From contig NW_003314284.1 in the NCBI RefSeq assembly GCF_000143415.4, positions 1,807,715-1,871,714 of the forward strand: a stretch of DNA of 64,000 nt, given 5' to 3'. This document shows positions 24,561 to 36,115 of this stretch, piece by piece. The notes below the pieces were generated by a model that saw only the letters and a list, made by a program, of their open reading frames with translations, did not search any database and was not told the origin of the DNA. The stretch's first letter is position 1. Every line of letters begins with the position of its first letter. A program made the position numbers and the translations under genes. Source of the stretch: Selaginella moellendorffii (lineage: Eukaryota; Plantae; Lycopodiophyta).

Positions 24561-24997
24561 GTGAAGGCTACCATCAAAACCAATAAAAATTGCATACAAA
24601 GACACTTTATTTTTTCATGACATTGAACCAAAGAGTGATAAAGTATCTTGTATAAAAGGGGTTTATAAAGGAATAAGGTTGCCTTATAATATTTATTTAG
24701 TCAAAATTTTAAATAAATCTTGACTTTTTATTGAGTTAAAGTTTGAGTATTATTACAATATTATTTAATACTTCTCTTCACAATATTTACTAGAAAAATT
24801 ATATTGCTCAGTAGCCATTCTAGTTTGCCAATTAAAAAATTATGAATAATGCATATATCAAATGAAAAATTAAGTTGATGAATTATTAATTGAAAAAAAA
24901 ACCAATCATATTACAAATAGTTTTATGGTGTATGTAATCATTTATAACATATGAGATTACTTATAGTTATTAGGTATGGACTAGCTTTTCCTACTAG

Positions 24998-26473
24998 TTA
25001 GACTAAACCTTGTTGCTCAACCTCCATTTGTTGTTTGATGTGCCTTACTTTTTTCTTGACGTGGTGTCCATAGATAGCTCCACAAATCAAGAACACTAAA
25101 AGTTCAGCAATGGCAAGCGCCACGGCCAACTTATGCTTGATCGGTACCTCCACCTCCTTCACAAACAAGGTTTCCACATTGTTTGTTGCATCCATGTCTG
25201 TAACATATAAAAGTTGATTTAAACTGTGATCATCCTCGGCTGGCACGGAAGTATCTGATGCAGAGACTTTCAGAAAGAACAGATTCTGCCCAGATGCAAT
25301 CTGGTAGCCATTATAAATCACTTGCTTTGGTCCCCTGGTTGAATCTGGACCTTTGAGAAAGCATTGACCTGAGCCGTCAGCTCTGTAGGCTATCCCAAGG
25401 CAGCCACAATTCTCTTTGCAGAGGCTCTTGCAATCTTCAAGGGATATGACTGAGATGTACGTCTTGTCATTGTAAGTATAGTCAGTTCTTTCCAAACGCA
25501 CCCATCTGTTATCGGATCCATTGCAGCTTTTCAAGGGGACATTATACTCACACCCTTTGGAATGGTCACCAGGATCCACGAAGTGAAACCCTGGAGGACA
25601 AGTGCAGACGAGACCAGGCCTGTATGTGCAAATCCCGAAAGGTCCGCACATCCCAAAGACTTTGCAGTCAGCTGTCAATGCTTGCCAAACTATATCCCAC
25701 GAGGAGTTATCCTGGGTAAGGCTGTAAACTCGTAGAGTTCCATTGCGTTCTAGAGTGAGTCTCCTCGCCACCTTTGAAGTCCCAAAATCCAACACGTAAA
25801 AGTACGAGTTTTGTTCCCGGTTAAAGTACCAGGGCCCTTGACCGTCGGTGAAAGTAAGAATGCCGGTCGAGTTCATCACCAACGTTGATGCGTTGTTGGA
25901 ACTAGTCGGGGGTCTCTGGACATCCCAATATGATTGAGAATTGGACTCCGGAACTGCATAGCTTTTTAACCCTATAGAGTTTTGGTTGAGGTACAAACTA
26001 AAGCTCCCCGAGCGACGGATATCTTTGTTGCCTTGGATGAGTTGGCCTGTGAGCAAGGTATCGGTTGGGACATCGAAACTTTGCCAGCTGCCACTGCTTG
26101 ATATGACCACAAAGTTACCATTGTCCTGTAACTCCGCACTTGCAACACTAGGAACATTTGCAATCGTTATTAGTTGGGCGCCGTCCGAGACAAATAGGCC
26201 CTGGGCAGTGAGTTGGAGGCGAGCATTAGCAGTAAAAGCAACGCTAGGTGCATCTGGTGCAGTCCAAACGATTGTCTTCAAGTTGATGTGGTGGAACCTG
26301 ATCACTAAGGTGAACTTACCAGAGGCTTCATCATCGACAAATCCAAGCTCAAAAGTGTTGTCTGGCGAGACTAGGAATTGATTTACTGCGAGAACATCCC
26401 CGACTTGCAACGATGATTTGCCGTTGGCAAGCACTACCAAAGCAGCAGCCAAGAACAGCAACAGCAGCGGCAT
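24998..26473 (-). CDS. G-type lectin S-domain protein (signal peptide, B-lectin, S-locus glycoprotein, EGF, PAN, TM) lacking the kinase domain
   Basis: 'LVSPDNTFELGF', 'AELQDNGNFVV', 'WQSFDVPTDTLLTGQ', 'RRLTLERNGTLRVY', 'CKVFGMCGPFGIC', 'CKSLCKENCGC', TM 'LAVALAIAELLVFLICGAIY'. The stop follows ~23 aa later at an AT-rich junction. Confidence 0.88.
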   Translation of the reverse strand: MPLLLLFLAAALVVLANGKSSLQVGDVLAVNQFLVSPDNTFELGFVDDEASGKFTLVIRFHHINLKTIVWTAPDAPSVAFTANARLQLTAQGLFVSDGAQLITIANVPSVASAELQDNGNFVVISSSGSWQSFDVPTDTLLTGQLIQGNKDIRRSGSFSLYLNQNSIGLKSYAVPESNSQSYWDVQRPPTSSNNASTLVMNSTGILTFTDGQGPWYFNREQNSYFYVLDFGTSKVARRLTLERNGTLRVYSLTQDNSSWDIVWQALTADCKVFGMCGPFGICTYRPGLVCTCPPGFHFVDPGDHSKGCEYNVPLKSCNGSDNRWVRLERTDYTYNDKTYISVISLEDCKSLCKENCGCLGIAYRADGSGQCFLKGPDSTRGPKQVIYNGYQIASGQNLFFLKVSASDTSVPAEDDHSLNQLLYVTDMDATNNVETLFVKEVEVPIKHKLAVALAIAELLVFLICGAIYGHHVKKKVRHIKQQMEVEQQGLV

Positions 26474-26671
26474 TTCTTATGTATTGCACGAAGTCACAGA
26501 CTCACAGAGCCATATACTGGGGGCTCCTCTAGAATAGCTCTCGTGCCGGGCACCACATTTCTCGGCTTTTGACTTGACAAGCGCGTTATCTTAAGAAACT
26601 CATGCCCGTCAGATCGAACCAGATCTAACGGCCAAAAGCTTGCTCTAGCTGAAATGCCGGCATCTCGTACG

Positions 26672-27661
26672 TCAAAGGGTAGAGCACTTGTTCACAAACT
26701 GGATCATCTCTCCATACGAGTAATCCATTTCTCCCTCGACCTCTGGAAACAGCAAGAAATGGCCGCGATTTGGATACTCGACCAGCTTTGCATCCTTCCC
26801 AGCTTTCCGGAGCTCCTCGTAGTACTCCACCTGGCGGCTGTGGAGCACGTCTCGAGCTCCCACCACCACCAGCGATGGCGGCATTGGATCGATCTTGGCG
26901 ATCTCCTCGGCACTTGGAACTCTGCAGTACTCGTGGTCGCGGTTGGTACCCTCCGGGAGACAGAATCGCCAGAAAGTATCGCAGTCCGCGAGCGTGAGAA
27001 CGTCGGGCTGGACGAGCGACTGGATCTCGGACTTGGATCTCTCCTCGGCCCCAAAGAATGGAACCACTGGGAAGAGTCCTTTGATCTCCAGCGTCGAGAG
27101 GTCGCTGTGGATCGATCGGGCAGCCATGTAGTGGACGATTGTCCCTCCGGCGCTGCCGCCCATGAGGAAGATCCGGGAGAAATCGGCGTTTTGGAGCCAG
27201 GGGTCGCGATCCATTGGCGATTTCTTGGCCTGGGACTGAAGCCACTGGAGAGACACGAAAGAATCATCGAATGCCACCGGGAGGCGGTGCTCCGGGGCGA
27301 GCCTGTAGGCGACGGAGACGACGATCATCCCCATTTTGTGGGAGATTCCACTGCAAAGGCCATGGAAAATGCTCGAAGCAGGGGAGAAGGCGACGAATCC
27401 ACCGCCATGGAAGTAGACGAGAAGCGCGTGCTTGCCAGTGGAGCTAGCATCATGGACCACGGTAGCCCATTTGGGAGCGAAGATTCGAGCCCACATTCCC
27501 GTTCCCTCGTCCAGAATCACGTCCTTGCATCCAATCTCGCCCTTTTCGAAGCTGGGATCAGCAGCGCAATCGGGCCACTGGGGCTTGCTCGTCCGGACGA
27601 CTCTGCCATCGCTGTAGAGCTGGACGCCTCTCACATCGCCCAGCAGCTCGCAATTCACCAT
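26672..27661 (-). CDS. Carboxylesterase (CXE / HSL family alpha-beta hydrolase, GID1-related fold)
   Basis: 'YFHGGGF', 'SVAYRLAPEHRLPVAFDD', 'GGSAGG', 'FWRFCLPEGTNRDH'; triad candidates Ser, Asp (ARDVL) and His (RGHF); intronless. Confidence 0.93.
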   Translation of the reverse strand: MVNCELLGDVRGVQLYSDGRVVRTSKPQWPDCAADPSFEKGEIGCKDVILDEGTGMWARIFAPKWATVVHDASSTGKHALLVYFHGGGFVAFSPASSIFHGLCSGISHKMGMIVVSVAYRLAPEHRLPVAFDDSFVSLQWLQSQAKKSPMDRDPWLQNADFSRIFLMGGSAGGTIVHYMAARSIHSDLSTLEIKGLFPVVPFFGAEERSKSEIQSLVQPDVLTLADCDTFWRFCLPEGTNRDHEYCRVPSAEEIAKIDPMPPSLVVVGARDVLHSRQVEYYEELRKAGKDAKLVEYPNRGHFLLFPEVEGEMDYSYGEMIQFVNKCSTL

Positions 27662-27949
27662 TGCCGCCCGCGCAGAACTCACAACAAGGACGAAGAATTT
27701 AAAGCCGGCGTTGGGGCCCTAATCCGTCCAAGAACCCTAAAGAACGATTTTCGGGGCGGAGCAAGAAGACGAGGCTATAGATTCCTTCATCCAAATGCAC
27801 AACAGGAAACAAATTTTCGTCAATCTCTTAAAAACTTTTTTCATATGTAAGATTATGTACATATATATAAAATATATATCTATACCATGGAAAATCTCTT
27901 GCCAACAGGAGCCGTAATCCGTCCAAGAACCCTCCAACTGGACAATGCA

Positions 27950-30900
27950 ATGGATGTAAGATGATTATTGAGGAATGGATTAAACACTAGGATTTCATAC
28001 AAGACTACCAGGGGAGAAAGAAGTGAGTGAATGAACAACTCAATGTGGAAGAGGCTAGATAGTCACTGGAATGAACAATGATATCTTTTGAGTCACCACA
28101 ACACTTCCATACTATAGGCCTCTCTGAATGTTGGATGATCACATCAATTAGTGTGTCCCTGCATTCCTCCATCAAGGGAAGATGGGTGCAAGGAAGTACA
28201 ATCAAAGGGGAAGATGGCAAGGTCTTATGCTTGGAAGTTTAGTGCAAGGAAGTACAAATGGGGTTGGAGATATGTTGTGTACAATTGTTTCACCTTGAAT
28301 TGGCATATGTACAACATGCACATTTGTTGCTCATGGTTTATCTACTAGCTGCCATGTGAAGAGGATATATGCTAGGAGGATTTGGCATGTGCTAGGATTA
28401 CTTTTTAAAAGTTCATTTTGGGCTTTCACCTTACAAAAAAAAGTAATTTGATTGCATAAATTTGCACCAGAGTATAAGCTGAAGCTCCCATTAGTAGGGC
28501 AATGCTCATTCCTTCTAAGTTCCAATACTGATTGAAGAGCTTAAGATTGATCTCTACCATTAGATCTAAAGATTTTTCATAATTTTTTATTTTGTGAAGG
28601 TAGTTATAATAGAAAATTCTTATATATATGAAGCTATAGAAGAAATATGAAAGTAAAAGGAACATGTGTTACTAGTTGTTATAAATTCTATACAGTTATA
28701 TTCAAAGCAAAAGAAAGGCTGAAGAGTTTTTTGTAATGTACATGCTCCTTTTTAGGCAACTATACATAACATAACTTTATCTAATAATATATATACATAT
28801 ATATAAAACTCATACCCCAACTACTCCAATTAATAAGTTGGTCTCTTCTCATATATGTTTGACTCAACCCTTTTCAAAATCCTAATTGAAATTAAAATAT
28901 ATTAAATTTAAAATTCTAATTCCAATATTTAATACCACAAAGAAATCATAATTTATGCCCACTCAAGAGAAGTTTTTATATCTAGAGTTGAATTAATCAT
29001 TACAAAATAGAAATAAGAATATAAAGAGGTGATTGTATGTTATAGTGATATATAAAAGTGATAAAATAAGGAGCTGAAATTACCCTGAAACTACGTTACA
29101 ATTTTTAATACAAAAATATTTAATTATTTTTTCCATAATTATTTTCATAATAAAACTAATCATAAAAAAAAATTCTTTATAAAAAAACATCTGATTTCAT
29201 AAATAAAAATTTATAATTTTTATTAGCAATTTTTTACCACTGTATGATAAAATAAAAATAAATAAATAATCAAGTAGGGAAAAAATCACTCAAAAACTTA
29301 CAAATTGTGATGGCTAGTGAAATGCTTCATCTTTATGGTAGTTAGATATCATCCTCACAAGCTTAAAAACCTTCAAAGGAGACAACTTTCAGACTTATAG
29401 TAGAGAAATATAATAATATAAATATTAAAAAGTAAGGAGAAGCTATTTAATTTTTTAGGATAGCCTATAGGAAATATGTTTTCTCACATGCAAAAAAATA
29501 AAACTCCATTAGAATATTGCACAACAAGAACATTTTTAGTTGATTCTCCAATTGGATACTCTTACCACTTTGAGTTACTAATAGAATAGATCTTTGAGCA
29601 ATGCTTCAATTTTGAAGAGCACTTTATCTTACTTTTGATCCACCTTTTACTTTGAAAGTGTAAGAAATAAAAGTAAATTTTTTATTTGATATAATATTTA
29701 ATTGGGAAGTAGTTGAAAGAGTCATTTGTGACCAAAGGTTTTTTGTGTGTTACATAGTATATTGGTACAATATAAGGGATAATTTACTTCGATTGTGTCA
29801 CTAAGCTTGATTATTGACCTTGCAAGAATTTTATAATTGTTTCAAATAGATTGTCTGCCAATCCATCTTTGATGGAAATCAACTTAAAGTACTTAGCTAC
29901 AAGCTCACCTACTAAGAGAGCTTCACATAAATGATGAGATGGTGTTATGACCTATTATCTATAGATCTGTAAAGTAAAATGCTATAAAAAAGACTTGCAA
30001 GGAGCTTCTTTCTAAAAACTTGATAATAGACTTTATAACCAACAACAAAAAAGACTTACAAGCCCTCACATTTGTTTAAGTTATATATCCATTATACCAT
30101 GGGATATTAAGAGTCACTATGAATTTGTGAAATGAGTAATTCACTTCAAACTTCTTGATTAAATCTATGTTTCATGCAATCTGATAAGTTATCTTTATTA
30201 AGGTCATCATTCGTTGTTGCTCATAAGAGTTCATAATCTCTAAATACTGAAGTATTCGCTTATATGGTGGTACATTCCTATATTTCTTATTTCCTATTTC
30301 CTATTAACTATAATATAATTTTTAGATTTGGCATGAGTCATGATGGCTCTTTTTTGCAAGGCTCTATAGCCTCTTCTCAAAAATATTCAAGCCTCCTAAA
30401 ACTATCAAGCATTCCCCTCTTTGGCTTATTCTAATACCCTAAAAGAACTATTAGCTATAATAACTGTTTAGTATCCTTTTTTATTAGACCTTCCCATTCT
30501 AGAATTAGAATGAGAACTAAACCCCAAAATGAGAGTTTAACTTTATCTTTAATTATAAGTTTAAGGTTAAAAAAGAATTTTTATTTAAAAATGAAAGTTT
30601 AAATATCTCTTGAAAGGTCATTAAATTTGAGGCATGCTTTAAGGTTATCAGGTGGCTGGTCTAATTTTTACATGCAAACTCCATTCTTGTTGTAATGGGA
30701 TTGGGCTAAGAGCAGATGGATCTAGTTAGTGCCATGGCAACAAGGATGCTAGTGATACAAGGCATGGGCACTAGTGAGTGAGTGGTCTTATGTGCTCTAG
30801 AATAAAAACAAGCAGTAAACTTATACTTCCTGCCACTAACATGGCTCCACTTCTTGCAGGAATCTAGTGGGGGAATACTGGACCATAGCAACCAAGGGCT

Positions 30901-31300
30901 AACAGAGGTTGCTATGATCACTGCTACGTCAGCCATGTAAAAAGTTCTTCTTTTACTTCATTTGATAGTTATATTGATTTTTGCAGTTTACCAGAGATCT
31001 TCCTTGATTTCCTGTAGTTTGTTCTTTCAGGAAAGAAATACCAATGTTTTTTTGAGGTGGTAAGTTTGGCTTGAATCTAGGCTTTAGAATTAAGATGAGG
31101 ATATTTTCACTAGGACACCCTAGATGGTAGCAACGCTAGAAAAAGGTTTAACAAAGTCCCTGCACTTCTGGGAAATTTCTATAACTATTTTATTTAATGT
31201 AAAGTATTAATAGGTTACTAGTTTTATAACTTTGAATTGGTGTTATTATAACAAGTTAATCAGCTGAATTAATGTATTTTTTGCTAGAAGCTGTTCTATG
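27950..31300. other. AT-rich, CpG-depleted block, probably decayed transposon/pseudogene DNA
   Basis: Abrupt compositional shift, almost no CpG, no credible ORF; no family assignable. Confidence 0.4.
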
Positions 31301-31396
31301 GCCGCGTTCTATGTGAAAGGAGCATTGGAAATTCATACAGACATACATCTTGGACACATTCTATGCTTTGGTTCACGTATAATGTTTTCGATCTGA

Positions 31397-32176
31397 TTAA
31401 CAAGCCAGAGCGGCCAAGCGAAGCAATGTTCTTCTGTGATAGAGAACCCTTTGCTGCCTATACTTTTGGAGAAACTCCGGGACCTTAAGCTCGCCACTCA
31501 GTAACTTGCGATGCAAACTCTCAGATTCGTCGTCTGCCGCATTGGCCGCCTCTGGAATGAACGAATACCCCACGTGAGCTAAGAAGTAAAACTAAATAAG
31601 TTCTCTCTCTACCTTGAAGCTTGTTTAGAATTGATGCTGGCGAGCTCCTTGCCAATATCTCTTTCTCTCGCCTTTGAGCGTCTAAAAACTTCTCCTGTGC
31701 CGTGGCCAACTCGGTCGTTCTGATGATCATACACTGCACACTGACAAAGTTTAAAAAAAAAAAAACAGATCTTTCCACGAAAGAAAGAAGCATACCTGAT
31801 TTCTAAGCTCAGCCATCTCGGATTCCTTCCCCAAATTGTGTCCTGTGAAGCAAAGAAAAGAATTTTTTGTCCAACGGAGAAGAACAAAACAATCACTCAC
31901 TTGCAAGGGTCACATTGCGCTTCCTCAAATCGTTCCGGAGCTGCCAAAATTCCCAGATAAGAATCCAGACAAGAAGAAAGGATAGATCGCAAACCATGCT
32001 ATACCGTGTCCAATTGCTTCACCTCCTCGATCGAATGGAGGTAATTCTCGTAGGCATCTTTATCCGACAAGAGCTTCCGGAGCTCCTCGACGCTGCAAAA
32101 GAGACGGATGTAAGACTGGGCAGCGATCGGTCAATCCCCACCACTTGTCGTGGAGCATGGATTCATTCATCGACAT
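31397..32176 (-). CDS. VPS37: ESCRT-I subunit VPS37 (Mod(r) domain); multi-exon
   Basis: 'VEELRKLLSDKDAY', 'ELRNQCMIIRTTELATAQEK', 'SPASILNKLQEAANAADDESESLHRKLLSGEL..FLQKYRQQRVLYHRRTL'. Confidence 0.9.
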
Positions 32177-32197
32177 AGAAACCCTAAATTAAGAACC

Positions 32198-33647
32198 CTA
32201 ACCCTTGCCCAGCTTGCTATACAAGAAGGAACACACGCCCACCGCCACGGTGATCAGCCCGGCCATGGCGCTCGTGATCACGGTCCGCTTCATCTCCGGA
32301 TCGACCAGCCTGGTGATCCAGTCCGGCAGGCAAGACCTCGACTCGGAATCCCGGTCGCGATATCTCGGTGGGTTTCGGAGGCTTCGCGATCGATCAAGTC
32401 GATCTTGGCGCCGGGGCGGAAGAGGCGCGAATCTCTCGTCAGGGCCGCCAATCTCGTCGGCGCATTCCGGATGGAATCGGTAGGAGCAGTCCTTGCAGAT
32501 GTACATCCAGCCACTGCCCGATCGATTGCAAATCGCGCACTGGTGTGACATCTCTCCAGGCTGGGCGTTGTTGACGATCCAGATGTGGGCGCCATGGCTA
32601 CCGCATTCTCCTCCTCCGAGAACCTTGGGAGCTTTCCCCTCGACCGAATCGCGCAGGAGCGCCGCGATGTGGGAATCCGTGAAGGGGAAGGCCTGCGATC
32701 CAAACTGGGAGATAATCCAGCAGCCCTGGGCGGTGATCGTTCTTCCGGACGAGGCCTCCACGATGACGAGCCGCGGGATCTTGCGGAGGTGGTTCAGGCG
32801 ATCGGTCAGGGCGGTCCTCGAGGCGGCATCGGCGAATGGCAGCGCTGGCCAGGGCATCGATCGGAAGGACGCGGCGAAGGACTCTGGATCGGGATCGCTG
32901 GAGACGAAGATGATCTCCAGGTCGTCCTTGAGCTCCTTGTAGGCGGCAGCGAGCTTGGGGGTGAAGCTCTGCGCTTGGCGGCTGGAGTGAGCGGAGAAGT
33001 AGAAGCCGATGAGCTTCTGGGTGATCTCACTGAATTTCACCTGAGAGATAGCGATCGAGGTAAGCATCGTCTATCGGCAAGAACTTCTCTCGATCTATCG
33101 ATTGCTTACTTCTTGGTGGATCTCGCGCTTGCTCAGCAGATTTGTAGAGCCGGGCAGGAATTTGCGATCCTTGAAAGCTCCAAATCCTTGATCCAGGAAC
33201 TTCTCGCCAGCATCATCGTCACAGAGCCTCCCCTGGCGATCGAAGAGCACAAGCTTTGGGAGGTTAACAGCGCCACACTCTCGGATGATCTCGTTCCTGG
33301 CATCGACGTCCTCGTAAGGAACAGCCAGCCACGGCATTCGCTGGAAGTTCTCCTGGAAGCCATCGAGATTGGTGTCACAGGAGACGAACACCACCTCGAA
33401 TTCTCGCGAGCTGTAAGCGGCGGCGAGCGAGTCCAAGAGTTTCCGGCACTGGTCGCGGAATGGGGAATCGATCGACGATGTCGCGAAGAGGAGGAGCACC
33501 GATCTTCCTCTCAGTCGAGCTACTGGTATCTATGAAAAAAACGAGAGCGGTTGATCGATCGAGGAAGGAACTGGAGCTTCCTACCTTGTCTCCATTGCTC
33601 GCGAGGAGGTAATCACGCTCTGGAGTAGTGAGCAGATCATCCAGCAT
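32198..33647 (-). CDS. Nucleoredoxin-like protein: two thioredoxin-like domains lacking WCxxC, C1-like Cys/His domain, C-terminal transmembrane tail; 3 exons
   Basis: 'ERDYLLASNGDK', 'FEVVFVSCD', 'MPWLAVPY', 'LEIIFVSSD', 'MPWPALPF', 'AFPFT', 'CAICNRSGSGWMYICKDCSYRFHPECA', hydrophobic 'VITSAMAGLITVAVGVCSFLY'. Confidence 0.85.
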
Positions 33648-33722
33648 CTCCTCTCTCTTCGTTGTCTAGCAAGCTCTCCACTTTTCTAGGATGGCATATG
33701 CGCTTTCAAAGCAAGGAATCTC

Positions 33723-34812
33723 TCGCATTTCCTCGGTGAAGATGGACGGCTAAGATTATCTCATTTTCGTTAACGTCTCAACATAGCCAGCGGCCGCGTT
33801 TCCGATTCAAGCTTTCAGAAGGTTTACGCTCTTTTCCCGGATTTGCGGAGTCCCCATTTCTGATCGAGGCAAAGTTAGCTTCTTTCGGCACTCGATCAAG
33901 GAGAAGACACTCACCCGATCTCTTTCTCAAGCCAGTGGACTTCTTCTCCTGAAAAATTCGCCTTGGCGGAGAAGGGCGCCCTGGAAAACGAGCAGAATGA
34001 GCTAAAGTTGCTAGATAAGAGCTAAAGTTGGAGCTGGATTTCAAGTTGAAAAGCTCCCGTAGAATCTGCAAGGATTCCCTCCACAAAGTCCAAATGCTCA
34101 CTCGATAAGTAGCTGTATTGATATGTCTTGTAACATTTGCAGAATTGCTGCGAAGTATGTTTGTTCTGAAACTTGCATAGCAAGCGTTTGTGCGTTTATC
34201 AGCTCGCAGGGGAGAGGAAAATTCTCATAGTCACTTCGAAACAGGCTCCCTGCGGCTATCTCAAGGATAAAAATCTGGCTCCAGAAGATCCCCCTCTCTG
34301 GTGAGTACTCCCTCTCCAGCGAATACTTATAGTCTTTGGACTTCGGACTGCTTCTCACGGTTTTGCAATGCAGATATGGTGGCTTTTCAAACTGCTACCG
34401 TAAAGAAGCCGGAAGCCATGGCAAGGATATGCTGGGTATTTTCCGGGTTCACGAGTTTCGAATGGTCGAGCTGTATAACTTGAGACATCGTCGGACATGC
34501 TAGATGATAAAAACTGCTGAAGATTTCTGCGTTTCATGCTTTGCCAGATTTCAAGTTTCATGTGTTGGGAACTATCTTTTGCTCTTTTGCAGTTCAGCTT
34601 ACCTTCCAGGGCTGTCAACGTTGTGTCTACGGAGCTGTGCATATTTTTTGCTTGTGTTTTCTTCCTAACTCTTGCTGATTCTCTTCAGGGAAAGAAGCTG
34701 GTGCACCTTTTAAACTGCACATTGACAGATTATCCATGTGGAAAATTATCAAACTAGTATGTGTGTTTGAGGTTTTGCAGCCTTTTATGTGTGGTACTTC
34801 CATTTGCAAGTG
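33723..34812 (+). pseudogene. Degenerate duplicate of the RPL25/SerRS promoter plus SerRS gene
   Basis: Colinear similarity to 21556-23397, including introns (cggtgaagatggacggctaagatta; ggcggagaagggcgccctgga; ccgtaaagaagccggaagccatggcaaggata; gcacct.taaactgcacattg), with many deletions and frameshifts. Confidence 0.9.
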
Positions 34813-35844
34813 ACAGCATTTATATTTAATATATCTCTCCTATAAGTTTTATATTTAATTTTAGATTAATGGCCAAGTGAAAAAAAATTCTTTTATGATA
34901 GACCAAAAGACTTCATTTTCAACATTAAACTACAATATAAACTCCTGAACTTATAGTTTGCAGTGATTGCTTCTGAAATATTGAGTGAGCTAACAAATAA
35001 AATAAAAAAGTTCTTTAAATATTGATGGGTTAAAAAATTAGTAAAAAGTGATTAAAATTTTTGTATCAACCAAAAACCTAAGCTCAGGGGACTCTGACCT
35101 TGAATCCAAGGCTGCATAACAAATATAAATTAGATCATACATAACATATAGTATGTGCTGGTAGTTAGAACCGCCAACCTTTCAAATGGGGGAATTCGAA
35201 TTATATATCTTTATTTCCATTCATCATTTTTTTATCAATTCATAACATTCTTTCACTCATCCTTTTTCTTAGCCCTTGGAGATTGAGCCCTTTTCTCTTT
35301 TATTTTCTTACTAACAATAGATTTCCAGCGAAGAGGAGTATCCACACCTCTTCAATTTAAAAAAAATTATTTATAAAGATTAATTAGTTTTTTGCAAAAA
35401 AAATTAAAAAAAATTTACAACTAGTTTTATTTTGAAAATAAATGTAAAATATAATATATAATTGCCTTGAAACTTGATCGATGTTGAAGAGTTCCTAAAT
35501 AATAGTCAAAGATTATAACACATGTAAAAATAGAAAAGAAAATAATATTTAAAAATAAAAATATAAACAACTTTTACTTTATAAGGGTGTCAAACTATTT
35601 TTTACATTAATGTAGAAATTATTTTATTTTATTTTTCTTTACTACTAAAAAAATCATTTTTATATTCAACATTAAATGGTTTGTTAAGGATGTTCTTTAA
35701 CTCTTAATATAGTGAATTATTTCTATAATGCATATAGTATAACTTTTTATGTTAAGCAATCATTAATACTTCTATATCATAAATGCAATTTATAAAGAAC
35801 CAACTCCCCAAAAACAAGACTAAAATGATAAAGAGTTCATCAAA

Positions 35845-36115
35845 TGTTACCGAATCCAAGATCGAGTCAGAGATTAAGTTTGAGACCAAGTTCAAAATTG
35901 ATGCTGAAACTGACTCCGAAACCAAGTTCAAGACCGAGTCCAAAACTAAATTCTAAACCAAGTCCGAAATCTGAAATTGGGTCCAAGACTAAGTCCATGA
36001 CTAAGTCTAAGACTAAGACCGAGTCCAAGGTCAAGTCCGAGATTAAATTTAAGATCGAGTCCAAAACTAAGTCTAAGACTGAGGTCGAGTTTGAAATCGA
36101 GTCCAAGACTAAGTG
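35845..36115. repeat. Degenerate 6/12-bp-period tandem repeat (ACCGAGTCCAAG / AAGACTAAGT variants)
   Basis: Periodic ccgagt/ccaagt/aagact/aagatc units that generate low-complexity S/K/T and D/L/S ORFs on both strands. Confidence 0.75.

Noticed and set aside
26672-27661. GID1 gibberellin receptor call
   Set aside because: Retains the catalytic His and lacks the GID1 N-terminal lid, so it is better read as a carboxylesterase.
10966-27682. Biosynthetic gene cluster (P450 + carboxylesterase + SerRS)
   Set aside because: The genes are separated by unrelated housekeeping genes and there is no scaffold-forming enzyme.
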